A stretch of 64,000 bases of DNA from a virus (taxonomy: Duplodnaviria > Caudoviricetes): positions 1-64,000 of the IMG/VR virus record IMGVR_UViG_3300033072_000306, one strand, 5' to 3'. The stretch's first letter is position 1; every line of letters starts with the position of its first letter. The translations under genes and the position numbers were made by a program. This document shows positions 20,558 through 30,659 of this stretch, in pieces. The notes under the pieces are model-generated. The model was not told where the DNA came from. It ran no database searches and saw only the letters and a program-made list of their open reading frames with translations.

Positions 20558-20897
20558 TATTTTACTATTACATCATCTACTACCGTAGCTACCACAACTA
20601 CAATACATTCTATACCCTATTCTAGAGGTATTGAACAACACATTTCCGATAGGAAGATAATTGTTCATGTATTCTAGAACATCCTATAAACAACCCTTTT
20701 AAATAGAAGCGTTTTTGTTTGCATACACTAAACAAACGCTCTTTGTTTTAAGAAATAGTTAAACATTTAGTTATGATATTATTGTGCCATATATTATAAA
20801 TACCTCCTTCCGATAGGAAATACCTTTTATACACTATTGCACAATACACTATAAGAATACTATTAAACACATGATTTAAATTAGATTAATATTATTG

Positions 20898-20926
20898 TTG
20901 ACTATTGGTGCTACAACACATAGAAT
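20898..20926 (+). promoter_or_regulatory. sigma70-type promoter
   Basis: TTGACT-17nt-TAGAAT. Confidence 0.7.
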
Positions 20927-20982
20927 TGTCTATAACAAATCTTGTTACACAACTGATACAATATATTTAGGAGATATACATT

Positions 20983-21273
20983 ATGAACAACCAACAAACA
21001 CCATTCTCTGTAAGAGTGAGTAGAGTAGATTTTGCTATCGAAGCTATTAAAGCCCTTACTCATTACTCTAAATTATCTGAACAGTACCATAAAGAGTATA
21101 AAACACACTTTGAGGATAGAGATTTACGTATTATATATACAGAGCATTATTTAAACGCTTCTGAGCTTTCCGAAAGAGTAAAAACCATTATTAGTATTGT
21201 TAGCACATCTCCTGATGAATTTGTAAATGTTACAGAGGATATTTATAAGCTGATTTATAAGTGTGATTCTTAG
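20983..21273 (+). CDS. hypothetical protein
   Basis: 96-aa ORF, AGGAG RBS. Confidence 0.65.
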   Translation: MNNQQTPFSVRVSRVDFAIEAIKALTHYSKLSEQYHKEYKTHFEDRDLRIIYTEHYLNASELSERVKTIISIVSTSPDEFVNVTEDIYKLIYKCDS

Positions 21274-21391
21274 GGTATCTATACTTTATTCCCTTAATAG
21301 TGGTAACAAGTATTTATTTCTTATTTAAATACAATTACTTAAACACCACTTTCTTATAAGGAGTTTCTGAAAAGACTATGAAAAATAACTA

Positions 21392-21420
21392 TTGATTTAC
21401 TTGTGGGTTATCTATATAAT
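21392..21420 (+). promoter_or_regulatory. sigma70-type promoter
   Basis: TTGATT-17nt-TATAAT. Confidence 0.7.
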
Positions 21421-21485
21421 ACTTGCATGAACAAATGGTTCTTGAAAATGTGACTGCTCAGTCATTTTATTAATTTATTGGAGAT

Positions 21486-22445
21486 GTGAAAATGAGTGAC
21501 AAAGAGTTTAAGAAGTTTCCATCACTGGAAAACACATATCAAACAAAACCTATTCAGATTGCTGAAGAGCTTGGTTTAGATAAACAACAGTATATCGTTA
21601 CAGAGAAAGTGCATGGAGCTAATTTCAGTTTTCATATCTCTATGGATAGTAACCTCAATGTTGATATTAAGTGTGCTAAACGTAGTGGTTGGGTTGAAGA
21701 TGGAGAAAAGTTCTTCAACTATAAGTCTGTTTTAGAGAAATACCGAAATCGACTAGAAAACATCTTTGATGCTATTTCTGCCGATTGTGAAGAGTTGGTT
21801 ATTTTTGGTGAATTGTACGGTGGTAATATTCAGTCTGGTATGTGCTACCAAGAAGATCAAGATTTCATTGCATTTGATATGAAAATAGATGGTGTACCTG
21901 TTGACAAATTAGCCATGTTTAATGTTCTGCAAGATCGTAAGATCCCATGTGTACCCCTGCTAGGCAAGTTTGACACTTTGCAAGAAGCTTTAAACTTCAA
22001 TGAGAGCTTTGATTCTCTATTGATGCGTGATGGTTTTAGTGGTGAAGAAAAACATAAAGAAGCTGAAGGGGTTGTTATTGAACCTGTTACACCTTCTTGG
22101 TTTCCGAATGGTAGTCGTATCTATTTCAAGAAGAAAACTAAACGCTTCTTAGAGAAAGGTGGTAACAAAATTAAGAAAGAACCAGAAACTCTTCCGAAAG
22201 AGCTTGAGAGTATTTTGCTAACATCATTTGAATACATCAATGAGTCTCGCTTCCAATCTGTCTGTTCAAAGATTGGTGAGGTAACAATTAAGGATATTGG
22301 TAAAGTTATGGGATTGATGACACAGGATATTCTTCTTGATATGCAGAAGGATGAAATTGAAATTCCTGAGAATAAAAAGTTTATGAAGCTGTTGCAAACA
22401 GAAGTTCAAACATTTATTCGACCAATTTTATTGCAGAAAGTTTAA
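21486..22445 (+). CDS. RNA ligase, Rnl2 family
   Basis: TEKVHGANFS, FGELYG, FIAFD, EGVV, KKK motifs plus C-terminal domain. Confidence 0.9.
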   Translation: MKMSDKEFKKFPSLENTYQTKPIQIAEELGLDKQQYIVTEKVHGANFSFHISMDSNLNVDIKCAKRSGWVEDGEKFFNYKSVLEKYRNRLENIFDAISADCEELVIFGELYGGNIQSGMCYQEDQDFIAFDMKIDGVPVDKLAMFNVLQDRKIPCVPLLGKFDTLQEALNFNESFDSLLMRDGFSGEEKHKEAEGVVIEPVTPSWFPNGSRIYFKKKTKRFLEKGGNKIKKEPETLPKELESILLTSFEYINESRFQSVCSKIGEVTIKDIGKVMGLMTQDILLDMQKDEIEIPENKKFMKLLQTEVQTFIRPILLQKV

Positions 22446-22460
22446 TATTCAATTGCTAAC

Positions 22461-22480
22461 ACCCTCTTCGGAGGGTTTCT
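22461..22480 (+). terminator. intrinsic terminator
   Basis: ACCCTC-TTCG-GAGGGT-TT. Confidence 0.7.
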
Positions 22481-22515
22481 TATTTTAACAAACAAATGGA
22501 GATTTAAATTATATT

Positions 22516-23874
22516 ATGACAAATGTTGTAGAGATTTTAGATGGCATTATGGGTAGCAGTAAAACAACAAACACCTGTAAGTGGATGGAGCAGAATAACC
22601 ACAAGTATAAATTCTTTTATATCTCACCTTTACTAGATGAGGTTAAAGATGGTGGGCGTATTCAGCAAGCATGTCCAACGACTAGGTTTGTTGCCCCTAT
22701 GACTAAAGAGGAAGATTTAAAGAATGATGTAGGTAAGCAAAAAGGGATTAACAGTAAGAGAAAGATTGACAATTTACTAGAGCTATTAAAGATTGGTGCT
22801 AATATTACATGCACTCATAGTTTATATTTATCAATGACAGACGATCACTTTAAGGAGATGGAGAAACATCAGTATGTCCTAATAATTGACGAAGAGCTTG
22901 GGATGATTGACGATTACAAAAGCTACAGCTCTCCAGATGTTAAATCCTTGCAAAAGCTGGGTTGTGTTGAGATACAAGATAGTGATGGTATGTTGGTATG
23001 GAAGAATGATGAAGTTACAGAGTTTGATGACGTAACACATAGATATCACAGCTTCAAACGACATGTTGAAAATGAGATGATATATGTCAGTAAGCGAGAC
23101 GCTAATATTTTTGTTTGCCAACTTCCAATTAGACTGATTACCGTAGCTAAGAGATGTATTATCCTAACATACATGTTTAATGGTAATGTTTTATCTTCTT
23201 TCTTAAAACTAAAAGGACTGGTGCATAAGAAATTTGATGATGTCAATATTAATATGGTTTGCAAGAAAGACATTATGAAAAACATTAAGCTATGGATTCC
23301 AAAACACCCTAAATGGCGAAAGGAGATGAAACTTTCCGTTACTGCCTACCACAATATGTCAACTCAGGACTTGAAGCATATTTCAAATTACATTCTTGCT
23401 GTTACGAAAGACTGCGGAGCTACGGATTATGATACAATGTTCACATTCCCTAAAGATCGTTGCAATCTGTCTGAAAATAAACTTAAAACCAAGATTAAAC
23501 CTAAGGGCTTGGTTGATACAGATATTAAGCAGAAAACTAACCCAGAGAGTATTTGTTGGATATCAAGCAGTACAAGAGCAACAAACAAGTTTAAACACAA
23601 GAAATGTGTAATACATGCTTATGACAGATACCCTAATCAATCTGTATCTTCATACTTACAAGATTTTAACTTTCCTGTTGATCGTGATGTTTTTGCTATT
23701 TCTGAAATGTTACAGTGGATTTGGCGTAGTCGTATTCGAGATAACAAGAGTATTGACTTAGCTATTCTTTCCCTAAGAATGCAGTTGTTGTTTTTGAACT
23801 GGTTACATGATCTTCCACTAAACAATGAAGATTACACACTATTCTCAAACTACTTGAATTGGTGTAAGATGTAA
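22516..23874 (+). CDS. SF2 (DEAD-like) helicase-related protein, paralog 2
   Basis: DGIMGSSKTT, YISPLLDE, IIDEE, SEMLQWIWRSRIR; same motif order as 1820-3196. Confidence 0.7.
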   Translation: MTNVVEILDGIMGSSKTTNTCKWMEQNNHKYKFFYISPLLDEVKDGGRIQQACPTTRFVAPMTKEEDLKNDVGKQKGINSKRKIDNLLELLKIGANITCTHSLYLSMTDDHFKEMEKHQYVLIIDEELGMIDDYKSYSSPDVKSLQKLGCVEIQDSDGMLVWKNDEVTEFDDVTHRYHSFKRHVENEMIYVSKRDANIFVCQLPIRLITVAKRCIILTYMFNGNVLSSFLKLKGLVHKKFDDVNINMVCKKDIMKNIKLWIPKHPKWRKEMKLSVTAYHNMSTQDLKHISNYILAVTKDCGATDYDTMFTFPKDRCNLSENKLKTKIKPKGLVDTDIKQKTNPESICWISSSTRATNKFKHKKCVIHAYDRYPNQSVSSYLQDFNFPVDRDVFAISEMLQWIWRSRIRDNKSIDLAILSLRMQLLFLNWLHDLPLNNEDYTLFSNYLNWCKM

Positions 23875-24197
23875 TAACAAAACAAAACAACCCTATTGCA
23901 CTTCAGATAATGTTGTGCAATAATACTTTTAAATTAACTCAGGAGATATTGTAATGTTTGTTTTAGTTAAGAAAGATAATCCTAACGAGTGGTTATGCTA
24001 CGATGGTTTAGCGAAAGACTATTGGTTTAGACCATCTTTTCATTTCCAAGTTTCTATGTGGAGTAAGTTAAATCAAAAGGATTTAATGGATATTTCAGAG
24101 GATATCCGAAACCAAGTCAAACCTATGAAGCTTGTTTTGTCAGAAGTTGAAGTCTCAATATCAGGTGATTATTCTTAATTAAAAGAGGAGATGTATA

Positions 24198-24407
24198 ATG
24201 GATGTTTTATTATTAGTTGTATTACATTTTATTCCGACAATTATTGCATTTTGTCGAGACCATAAAAGTAAGTTTGGTATTTTAGGAATGAATTTAGCAT
24301 TAGGATGGACTGGCATATTTTGGATTTTGGCTTTAATTTGGTCTTTATGTAATCCAAACTCAAACAGTGTGACAGTGATTAACAACAACAATTTGAATGG
24401 TGGGTGA
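24198..24407 (+). CDS. imm: superinfection immunity protein (T4 Imm-like)
   Basis: HFIPTIIAF.RDH...I..MNL.LGWT.I.W..ALIWS. Confidence 0.85.
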   Translation: MDVLLLVVLHFIPTIIAFCRDHKSKFGILGMNLALGWTGIFWILALIWSLCNPNSNSVTVINNNNLNGG

Positions 24408-24933
24408 TATGAAAATGAAAGAGTATTTAATCAAAAATATGTATGGTGAATATAAACTAACAGACTATCATTCAGGATTTAGTGTAGAAGATTTAATTGA
24501 AGTTCCAGAAGGGGGTGAGATTGCAATAGAGTCGTTAGGTAGACCTTACTTTCTTAAGCTTAATGGAGAAACTTATGATGAGTTCTTTTGCTTGGAGTGG
24601 CGTTCAGGCGGTCTTACAAACAATTCACTACGTAAACACAATAAAATTTTATGGGAGAGAAATCCTGAAGTACCTAATACACTAATCCAAGAGAAACTAA
24701 AATTCATTGAGAAGTGGTTGAATGGTGAGAAGATTCAATATATCTTAGGAATTGAAACAGATAAATCCCAGTGGCATAATTTTACAGAAGGTGCTATGCA
24801 ATACATTAAACGATCTGATATTAAGTTTCGTGAAGCTCCTAAATATGTCACAATTAATGGGATTGAGTTTAAAAGTGTTAAGAGCTTATCGAAGCATGTT
24901 AAGAATAATTTTGATTTGGAAGATGGGGAGTAA
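24397..24933 (+). CDS. hypothetical two-domain protein
   Basis: IEVPEGGE...YF...KILWER domain resembles N-terminus of 46905-47642. Confidence 0.65.
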   Translation: MVGDMKMKEYLIKNMYGEYKLTDYHSGFSVEDLIEVPEGGEIAIESLGRPYFLKLNGETYDEFFCLEWRSGGLTNNSLRKHNKILWERNPEVPNTLIQEKLKFIEKWLNGEKIQYILGIETDKSQWHNFTEGAMQYIKRSDIKFREAPKYVTINGIEFKSVKSLSKHVKNNFDLEDGE

Positions 24934-24936
24934 GAT

Positions 24937-25848
24937 ATGGGTTTTGATACTGTAAAAACAAGTGATGTTAAAAATGAAATGCAATATGACCAAATAGCCA
25001 AATTTTACAGAGATGATGGTACGATTGAAGCAGAATACTTTTACTACAATGGTTTAGTTAATTGGCTTCTAAGTTATGGTTTCACTAATGGCAGTCTAAA
25101 CGAAATGAGGAAAAGTAAAGCATTAAAAACAAAGAAACCATTTTTCTCATTATCAAAGGGATGGTATTCTTACGGAGATATTGAGTAATGAGTGGTAACT
25201 TTCACACATCAGGATACACTGAAGACACAAACCAAATTATTAACCATAAGATTAAATCAACATTACGAAAGATTCACAAACTTAAACGTGAGAATTTAAC
25301 ATTGAGTGATCGTAGGAAGTATTTACAGTCAAAAACAGGGGGTGAATTTTATGTTTATTATTCAAATATTTTTGGTGTTTACGTTAAAAGAAATCTCTCA
25401 AGAGAAGATGTACGTTTAGTTTGTAGTATCTCAGAACGTATTGGCAAGAATGGTAATAAGATTCAACGACTACGTACTAAGATTTCTCAATTAAAGAAAA
25501 TCTTAGTTTTAACAGTTGACGAATGATTTAGTTTTTAGTATATTTAGAGGACACCTAACAAGGGCATACTAACAAGTACACACCCTGACGGGTGTCCTTT
25601 TATTTCATTTGGAGAAACATTAAATGACAATCTTTCTAATTATTTTATGCATAGTCGTAGACGTTTTTATATTCATGAAGCTCAAAAAAGTTTTTAGAGT
25701 TCTTAAAGAAAAGGAAAAGCATGAAACACATATTTACGGAGAAGCTAAGCTCACAACCTATATGGAGTTTGGCGCATTTTATGTATATTGCTCAAGTCTA
25801 ATACTAATACCAATCACATTAATACAGGTTTATAAAATGATAAATTAA
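24937..25848 (+). other. hypothetical CDSs 24937-25188, 25188-25526, 25624-25848 (membrane); also 23954-24178 upstream
   Basis: ORF track. Confidence 0.55.
25516..25604 (+). promoter_or_regulatory. promoter followed by terminator-like hairpin
   Basis: TTGACG-17nt-TATATT, then GGACACC...GGTGTCC-TTTT. Confidence 0.6.
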
Positions 25849-25870
25849 TAAAAATCTCAGACAAACAAAT

Positions 25871-25893
25871 GCCACCTTTACGGTGGCTTCTTT
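25871..25893 (+). terminator. intrinsic terminator at convergent junction
   Basis: GCCACC-TTTAC-GGTGGC-TTCTTT. Confidence 0.7.
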
Positions 25894-25962
25894 ATGTCAA
25901 TTAAAAAGGCGGTAGCAAGATTATTTGATTACTAGCATCATCTCCGCTGCCATACATATTAA

Positions 25963-28174
25963 TCATATTTTCTCTCGTATTTTAATTAAATCTTCAACTG
26001 TTTCCCATTTACGCGTGAAGTGTGCTAAACCATATTGATTTGGTAGATATTCAAGTTGAGCTGGTCTGTCATAAACGACTTCATAGTAACTTACCAAAAC
26101 TTCGCCTTTTAATATAGTTAGCTTTCTTTCAAAACCATCTTCAACAAATAGTTTATCATCATACCACTGACAAGATGCACTTAAAAGATTATCAGGGTTG
26201 TATGAACTTGCAGACTTTAAAGAATACGCTTTTGGGAATACTGTTTTAATTTCATCAATTTCCTCTTTAGAAAATTCTTTTGGAATAATCTTATCAAATA
26301 AGTTTTTATATCCTTCTAGTACTTCAAATCTCATTACTTAAGCTCCTCTAAAGTTTTTAATTCATATATCAATATCGTTTCAGACCTATCCAATTCAACA
26401 TTCTCTTGGTTTGATATTGAACATTGTAATAGCATATCTTCGATCTGGCACAGCTTACAATCAATTCTCATAGCTGCAATAGTATAACCACCACCGAATA
26501 ATCCCAAAAGGTGTGCCCATAAACCTTCACCATCTTTCTCTAAAACAGCTTTACATTCCTCGTAATGCTTTTTAGCTTTAGTTAAATCTTCAATTAACTT
26601 TTCTTTACCAATAACAGTTTTCATATTCAAACTCTCCAACAAAATTGTTTATAGTGTATTCTATGTTTATACACGATCTCTCTTAACTCTTGTTCAACTT
26701 CAGTAATACTCATAGAATTATTACTAACACCAATATACTTAGTTAATACATAGTCAACCTCATCACAAAAAGCATCGTATATCAAGCTATCAACAATATC
26801 CTTAGTGATATACTCAACAAAGTCATTATCAGCGTATACGGTGATCCCTGAGACATTAAATGATACATTCAAAGGGTATAACGTATAATCTTTTTCCATT
26901 CTTAACATCCTCTTATATATTTATATATACCACCATGAAATAGAAAAGCCCAAATTAAGGAGCTTAACTAATTAAGTTTAAAATTATATTAAATGCTTTG
27001 GTATTGAACATCACCACATTTAAAACTTTTTAGTGTGTCTAAGTTAATTGTACGATAACCTTTAGCTGTAATATCATACACACATACAAGATTCTCTTTT
27101 TCCTCACGTACAAATCCATTGTTAACCAACCCCTTCTTAACACCTACACGAGCTGTCATCTTGCGTAGTGTTCCATCTTTCTTAACGAAGAAACAAGTAA
27201 AGAATTTACCATTAGTGTTCTTGATCATAGATTTTAAAAGATTGTTGTTCATTGAAAACTCTCCTTATGTCATATCTTTTAGTAATAAGTTAGTGAAATC
27301 TGATAGTGTTAGAACATTACCTTTTTCAGCATCTACTACTCGGTTAATAAAACAACCTAAGCCTAAGTACACTTCTACGTATACTGTTTGTAGATCGTTG
27401 TTCCAACATGTTTTTTGTAAACCAAGTTTAACCAATGTTTGAACAACTTCACATTCAGGTTGTTCTTTATTAATCTCAATTTGAACGGGTTTTTTAATCA
27501 TTACAAACTCTCCTGTAAATAAGAAATATACCCATCGATCACTTTCAACATCTTTGGTGAGGTTTTAACAAGTTCTTTATCAAAACATGCTATCACTCTC
27601 AATGATTCTAATTTATCAAATACATCTGAATCTGTCAACTCTGAATCCTCAAGATACTCATGTATTTTATTAAATATTGTTGAAAGTTTTAAATCAATTC
27701 GTTGATTATTCTCTGAAAGAATTTCTGAGATTTTCATTTAGTTTCTTCTCCTTTTAATTACTATTAAGTATTAAATTCTTTAACTCTTCATAACTCTGTT
27801 TTGTGTGGGTACAGTTTTCATAATTACTACCACTTGAATTAAAAGAAATATGACCAGTATCGTCAGACTTATATCTACCGACATTAACAATCTGATCAAC
27901 ATTCACAAGTGTTTTTGAATCAGTGTTGGCAACGTCAACCTCAATAAACTTACTCATAAATCTCTACCTCACTAAATTTAAAATAAGTCTCAAACTGATA
28001 AGAGTATAACCACTCATCACCAACACTATCAAACACTTTCTTAGTGAATATACTTTCTTCTGTGAAGTAATGTGATCTAGGATTTACAATCTCACCAATA
28101 AAATAGTCATCAAAGATAATTTCTTCATTAAGAAACACTTTCACGGGTTTACCATATTCGTTATAAGCTGTCAT
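25963..28174 (-). other. hypothetical CDSs 25963-26334, 26334-26642, 26627-26908, 27265-27501, 27501-27737, 27754-27957, 27950-28174
   Basis: Co-oriented packed ORFs. Confidence 0.55.
26989..27252 (-). CDS. SH3/Sm-like beta-barrel protein (WYL_2/DUF2693-like)
   Basis: FFTCFFVKKDGTLRKMTAR...VYD..AKGYRTINL. Confidence 0.7.
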   Translation of the reverse strand: MNNNLLKSMIKNTNGKFFTCFFVKKDGTLRKMTARVGVKKGLVNNGFVREEKENLVCVYDITAKGYRTINLDTLKSFKCGDVQYQSI

Positions 28175-28193
28175 ATTACACCTCTAAAGTTTA

Positions 28194-28520
28194 TTAATTG
28201 AATGTATCGTACATCTCTTCTGGTGACATCTCTTTCATTTCTTCAAGGACAATCTTTTTCAAACTTACTAAAACATCTTCAGCAAGAGTTGTTTCAACAC
28301 CTTCAGAATCTTCTAAGTAAGTTAAGTATAGGTGGGCATCAAACTCATAACCAAAAGCTTTCTCAACACCAAACTCGTGAGCAAAAGATTCATCGATCAT
28401 TTCCAGAGTGTGACTACCGATTGATAGAGTAGCAAAGTGCTCAACACCATTAAGGTCAAAATACACATTGATTGCATCTTCGTTAAAATCACCAATTGCA
28501 ACATTAGTTAAAGTTTTCAT
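28194..28520 (-). CDS. acidic hypothetical protein
   Basis: 108 aa, directly behind its own promoter. Confidence 0.65.
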   Translation of the reverse strand: MKTLTNVAIGDFNEDAINVYFDLNGVEHFATLSIGSHTLEMIDESFAHEFGVEKAFGYEFDAHLYLTYLEDSEGVETTLAEDVLVSLKKIVLEEMKEMSPEEMYDTFN

Positions 28521-28567
28521 ATCTATATCCTACCTGTTAAGGGTTTGTTTCGTTTGTCTATGAAGCT

Positions 28568-28617
28568 AATATATCAAACAAATAAAAAGGAAGCAACCCA
28601 TTAGAGTCACTTCCTTT
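28568..28617 (-). promoter_or_regulatory. terminator hairpin with embedded promoter
   Basis: AAAGGAAGTGACTC-TAAT-GGGTTGCTTCCTTT; TTGCTT-17nt-TATATT. Confidence 0.7.
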
Positions 28618-28633
28618 AAAATATTTCTCGCAA

Positions 28634-28852
28634 TCACATTTCATTTAGTTCGACTAATGTTACTAGAGGATACTCCTCCATCCAATCGTGATCTTCCATG
28701 TAATCAGAAAACTCTCCTGACGATTCGGCTACGATATAGCCATAACCATACCAACTCATTAGACAACTTTCATAGCCCATGTCACTTAACCGATCAACTA
28801 TGTCATAAGTATTTTGCTCTGCTGTGACAGCTATTTTTATACTATTTTTCAT
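28634..28852 (-). CDS. small paralog-family protein
   Basis: KIAVTAEQ...L..MGY...VTLVELNEM. Confidence 0.55.
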   Translation of the reverse strand: MKNSIKIAVTAEQNTYDIVDRLSDMGYESCLMSWYGYGYIVAESSGEFSDYMEDHDWMEEYPLVTLVELNEM

Positions 28853-28883
28853 ATAATCCTTTAAAATATTTAATTAATTTTGT

Positions 28884-29426
28884 TTAGAGCGGGATAGCTT
28901 GTTTACGAATCCACTTAGTAAAACGATATGTAAGTGTTTCTCCTAGAGGGTTTGTATGATCCATCCAATTTGTATGTTCAAACATTGTGAAATCCTCTTT
29001 AGGAATCTTATACCAAGTATCACAATTATCAACATCATTAGCAACCTCAGTAATCCAAAGTTCATCTGTGATATCAAATGTTGAACGATAAAGTTGAGAA
29101 CCACCACCTACTAAGATTTTATCTGTTTTAAGTTGGTCTGATTGCCACCTCGAACATGACATAGCTAATTGCAAACTCATAGATTTTAATGCGTGCTTTG
29201 TTGATGGCTCTTTATATGAATCACTAACACAAAAAACAGCCCTACGATCTAATGGCTTAGGTAAACTCTCAACAGTGACACGCCCCATCAATAAGACATG
29301 TCCTAAAGTTTGTTCTCTAAAGAATTTCATATCTGGGGGTAGGTTGAATAATAGTTTATTATCATATCCAATCTCACCATTCTTTCCAGTACATACGATG
29401 TGAATAACTTTCTTATCTTTATACAT
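28884..29426 (-). CDS. folA: dihydrofolate reductase
   Basis: IG.DNKL.F.LPPDMKFF, MGR.T.ESLP.PL..R, VGGGSQLY, CDTW. Confidence 0.92.
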   Translation of the reverse strand: MYKDKKVIHIVCTGKNGEIGYDNKLLFNLPPDMKFFREQTLGHVLLMGRVTVESLPKPLDRRAVFCVSDSYKEPSTKHALKSMSLQLAMSCSRWQSDQLKTDKILVGGGSQLYRSTFDITDELWITEVANDVDNCDTWYKIPKEDFTMFEHTNWMDHTNPLGETLTYRFTKWIRKQAIPL

Positions 29427-29727
29427 TAGTATAGCTCCGACTCAACAACATCATAAAGAATATTATCTTGTTTGTTTGCATTGTTCAAGTGCTCGCATTC
29501 AATATTAGCGTCTTGCTTATTTCCATAAGCTTGATGGATTTCTGTTTCAGTAACAAACTCTGTATCGCCACACATTCCAAATACTTCAACATCTGTATAT
29601 TGAACAACAATATAAATTTTCATGTTTATACATCCTATTTTAATTTAAAAGGGTTTTAAAAACTTTAGGTATTCTTTGTTACTTTCCACTCTGCATCTCC
29701 AAATTAGGTAAAACACTTTAGTATGGA

Positions 29728-29765
29728 CATAATAAAACACCTACCAACTTTCGTCAATAGGTGTT
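29728..29765 (-). repeat. terminator-promoter module, copy 2
   Basis: Reverse complement identical over 38 nt to 10456-10493. Confidence 0.8.
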
Positions 29766-29771
29766 GTTAAA

Positions 29772-30659
29772 TTATTTAGCTACAGGAATAGAAATCTTAT
29801 CACCAGAAACATAGTTTAAAATCTCAATGTCAGACCACTCGTAAGAATATAAATCCTTAGCTTTGTTAATCTCGATTTGAGGAAAATCGTAAATTGGTCG
29901 AGTAAGGATTTCTTTAGCCATTTCTAATTGATCAGAATAAAGGTGAACATCTCCAAATGTAATAATAAATTCACCAACTTCAAGATCACATTGTTGAGCC
30001 ATTAAGTGTGTTAGTAAACTGTAAAACACGATGTTTAGAGGATTCCCAACCACAAAATCCCCACTGCGTTGATACAATTGGCAACTTAGCTTACCATCTT
30101 CTACAAAGAATTGGAATAAAGTGTGACAACATGGAAGAACTGCGTTAGGAATATCGTTAGGATTCCAACCTGAAACAATTAATCGAGAACTACTGGAGTT
30201 AACTTTAATTTCATTAAGAAGCCATTCGATTTGGTCAAAACCTTTTTGAACTTTGATTCGGTTGTAGTAATCGTATCCACCAAGACCATGCCCCTCGTAC
30301 TCTGAATACCAAGTTTCTCCAAATCTGCGCCATTGATATCCATAAATTTTGCCAAGCTCAGTAGGGTTATTTGGATCAATTTGCCCTTCCCATAAATCCC
30401 AGATGTGTACATTCTTATCTTTAAGGATTTGATTATCAGTTTGCCCGCGAAGCATCCACATTAATTCCTCAAAAGCTCCTCGAACAAAAACTTTTTTATG
30501 AGTCATTAAAGGAAATGATTCCTCTAGATTAAAGCGTAGTTGTCGTCCAAATAAAGAACATCGCTTATGCCCATCACGAACATCACGAAAGCCTTTTGAT
30601 TCAGCCTTATCAACCAACTCTTTAAGGATTTCTAAATACCCTTGTTCGCCTTTCAACAT
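29772..30659 (-). CDS. thyA: thymidylate synthase ThyA
   Basis: SLFGRQLRF, YGYQWR, LPCCH, YQRSGD, NPLN, GDVHLY. Confidence 0.95.
   Translation of the reverse strand: MLKGEQGYLEILKELVDKAESKGFRDVRDGHKRCSLFGRQLRFNLEESFPLMTHKKVFVRGAFEELMWMLRGQTDNQILKDKNVHIWDLWEGQIDPNNPTELGKIYGYQWRRFGETWYSEYEGHGLGGYDYYNRIKVQKGFDQIEWLLNEIKVNSSSSRLIVSGWNPNDIPNAVLPCCHTLFQFFVEDGKLSCQLYQRSGDFVVGNPLNIVFYSLLTHLMAQQCDLEVGEFIITFGDVHLYSDQLEMAKEILTRPIYDFPQIEINKAKDLYSYEWSDIEILNYVSGDKISIPVAK

Noticed and set aside
20430-20560. 12-nt repeat as a 4-aa-periodic membrane peptide on the minus strand
   Set aside because: The frame is bounded by stops with no start codon or RBS
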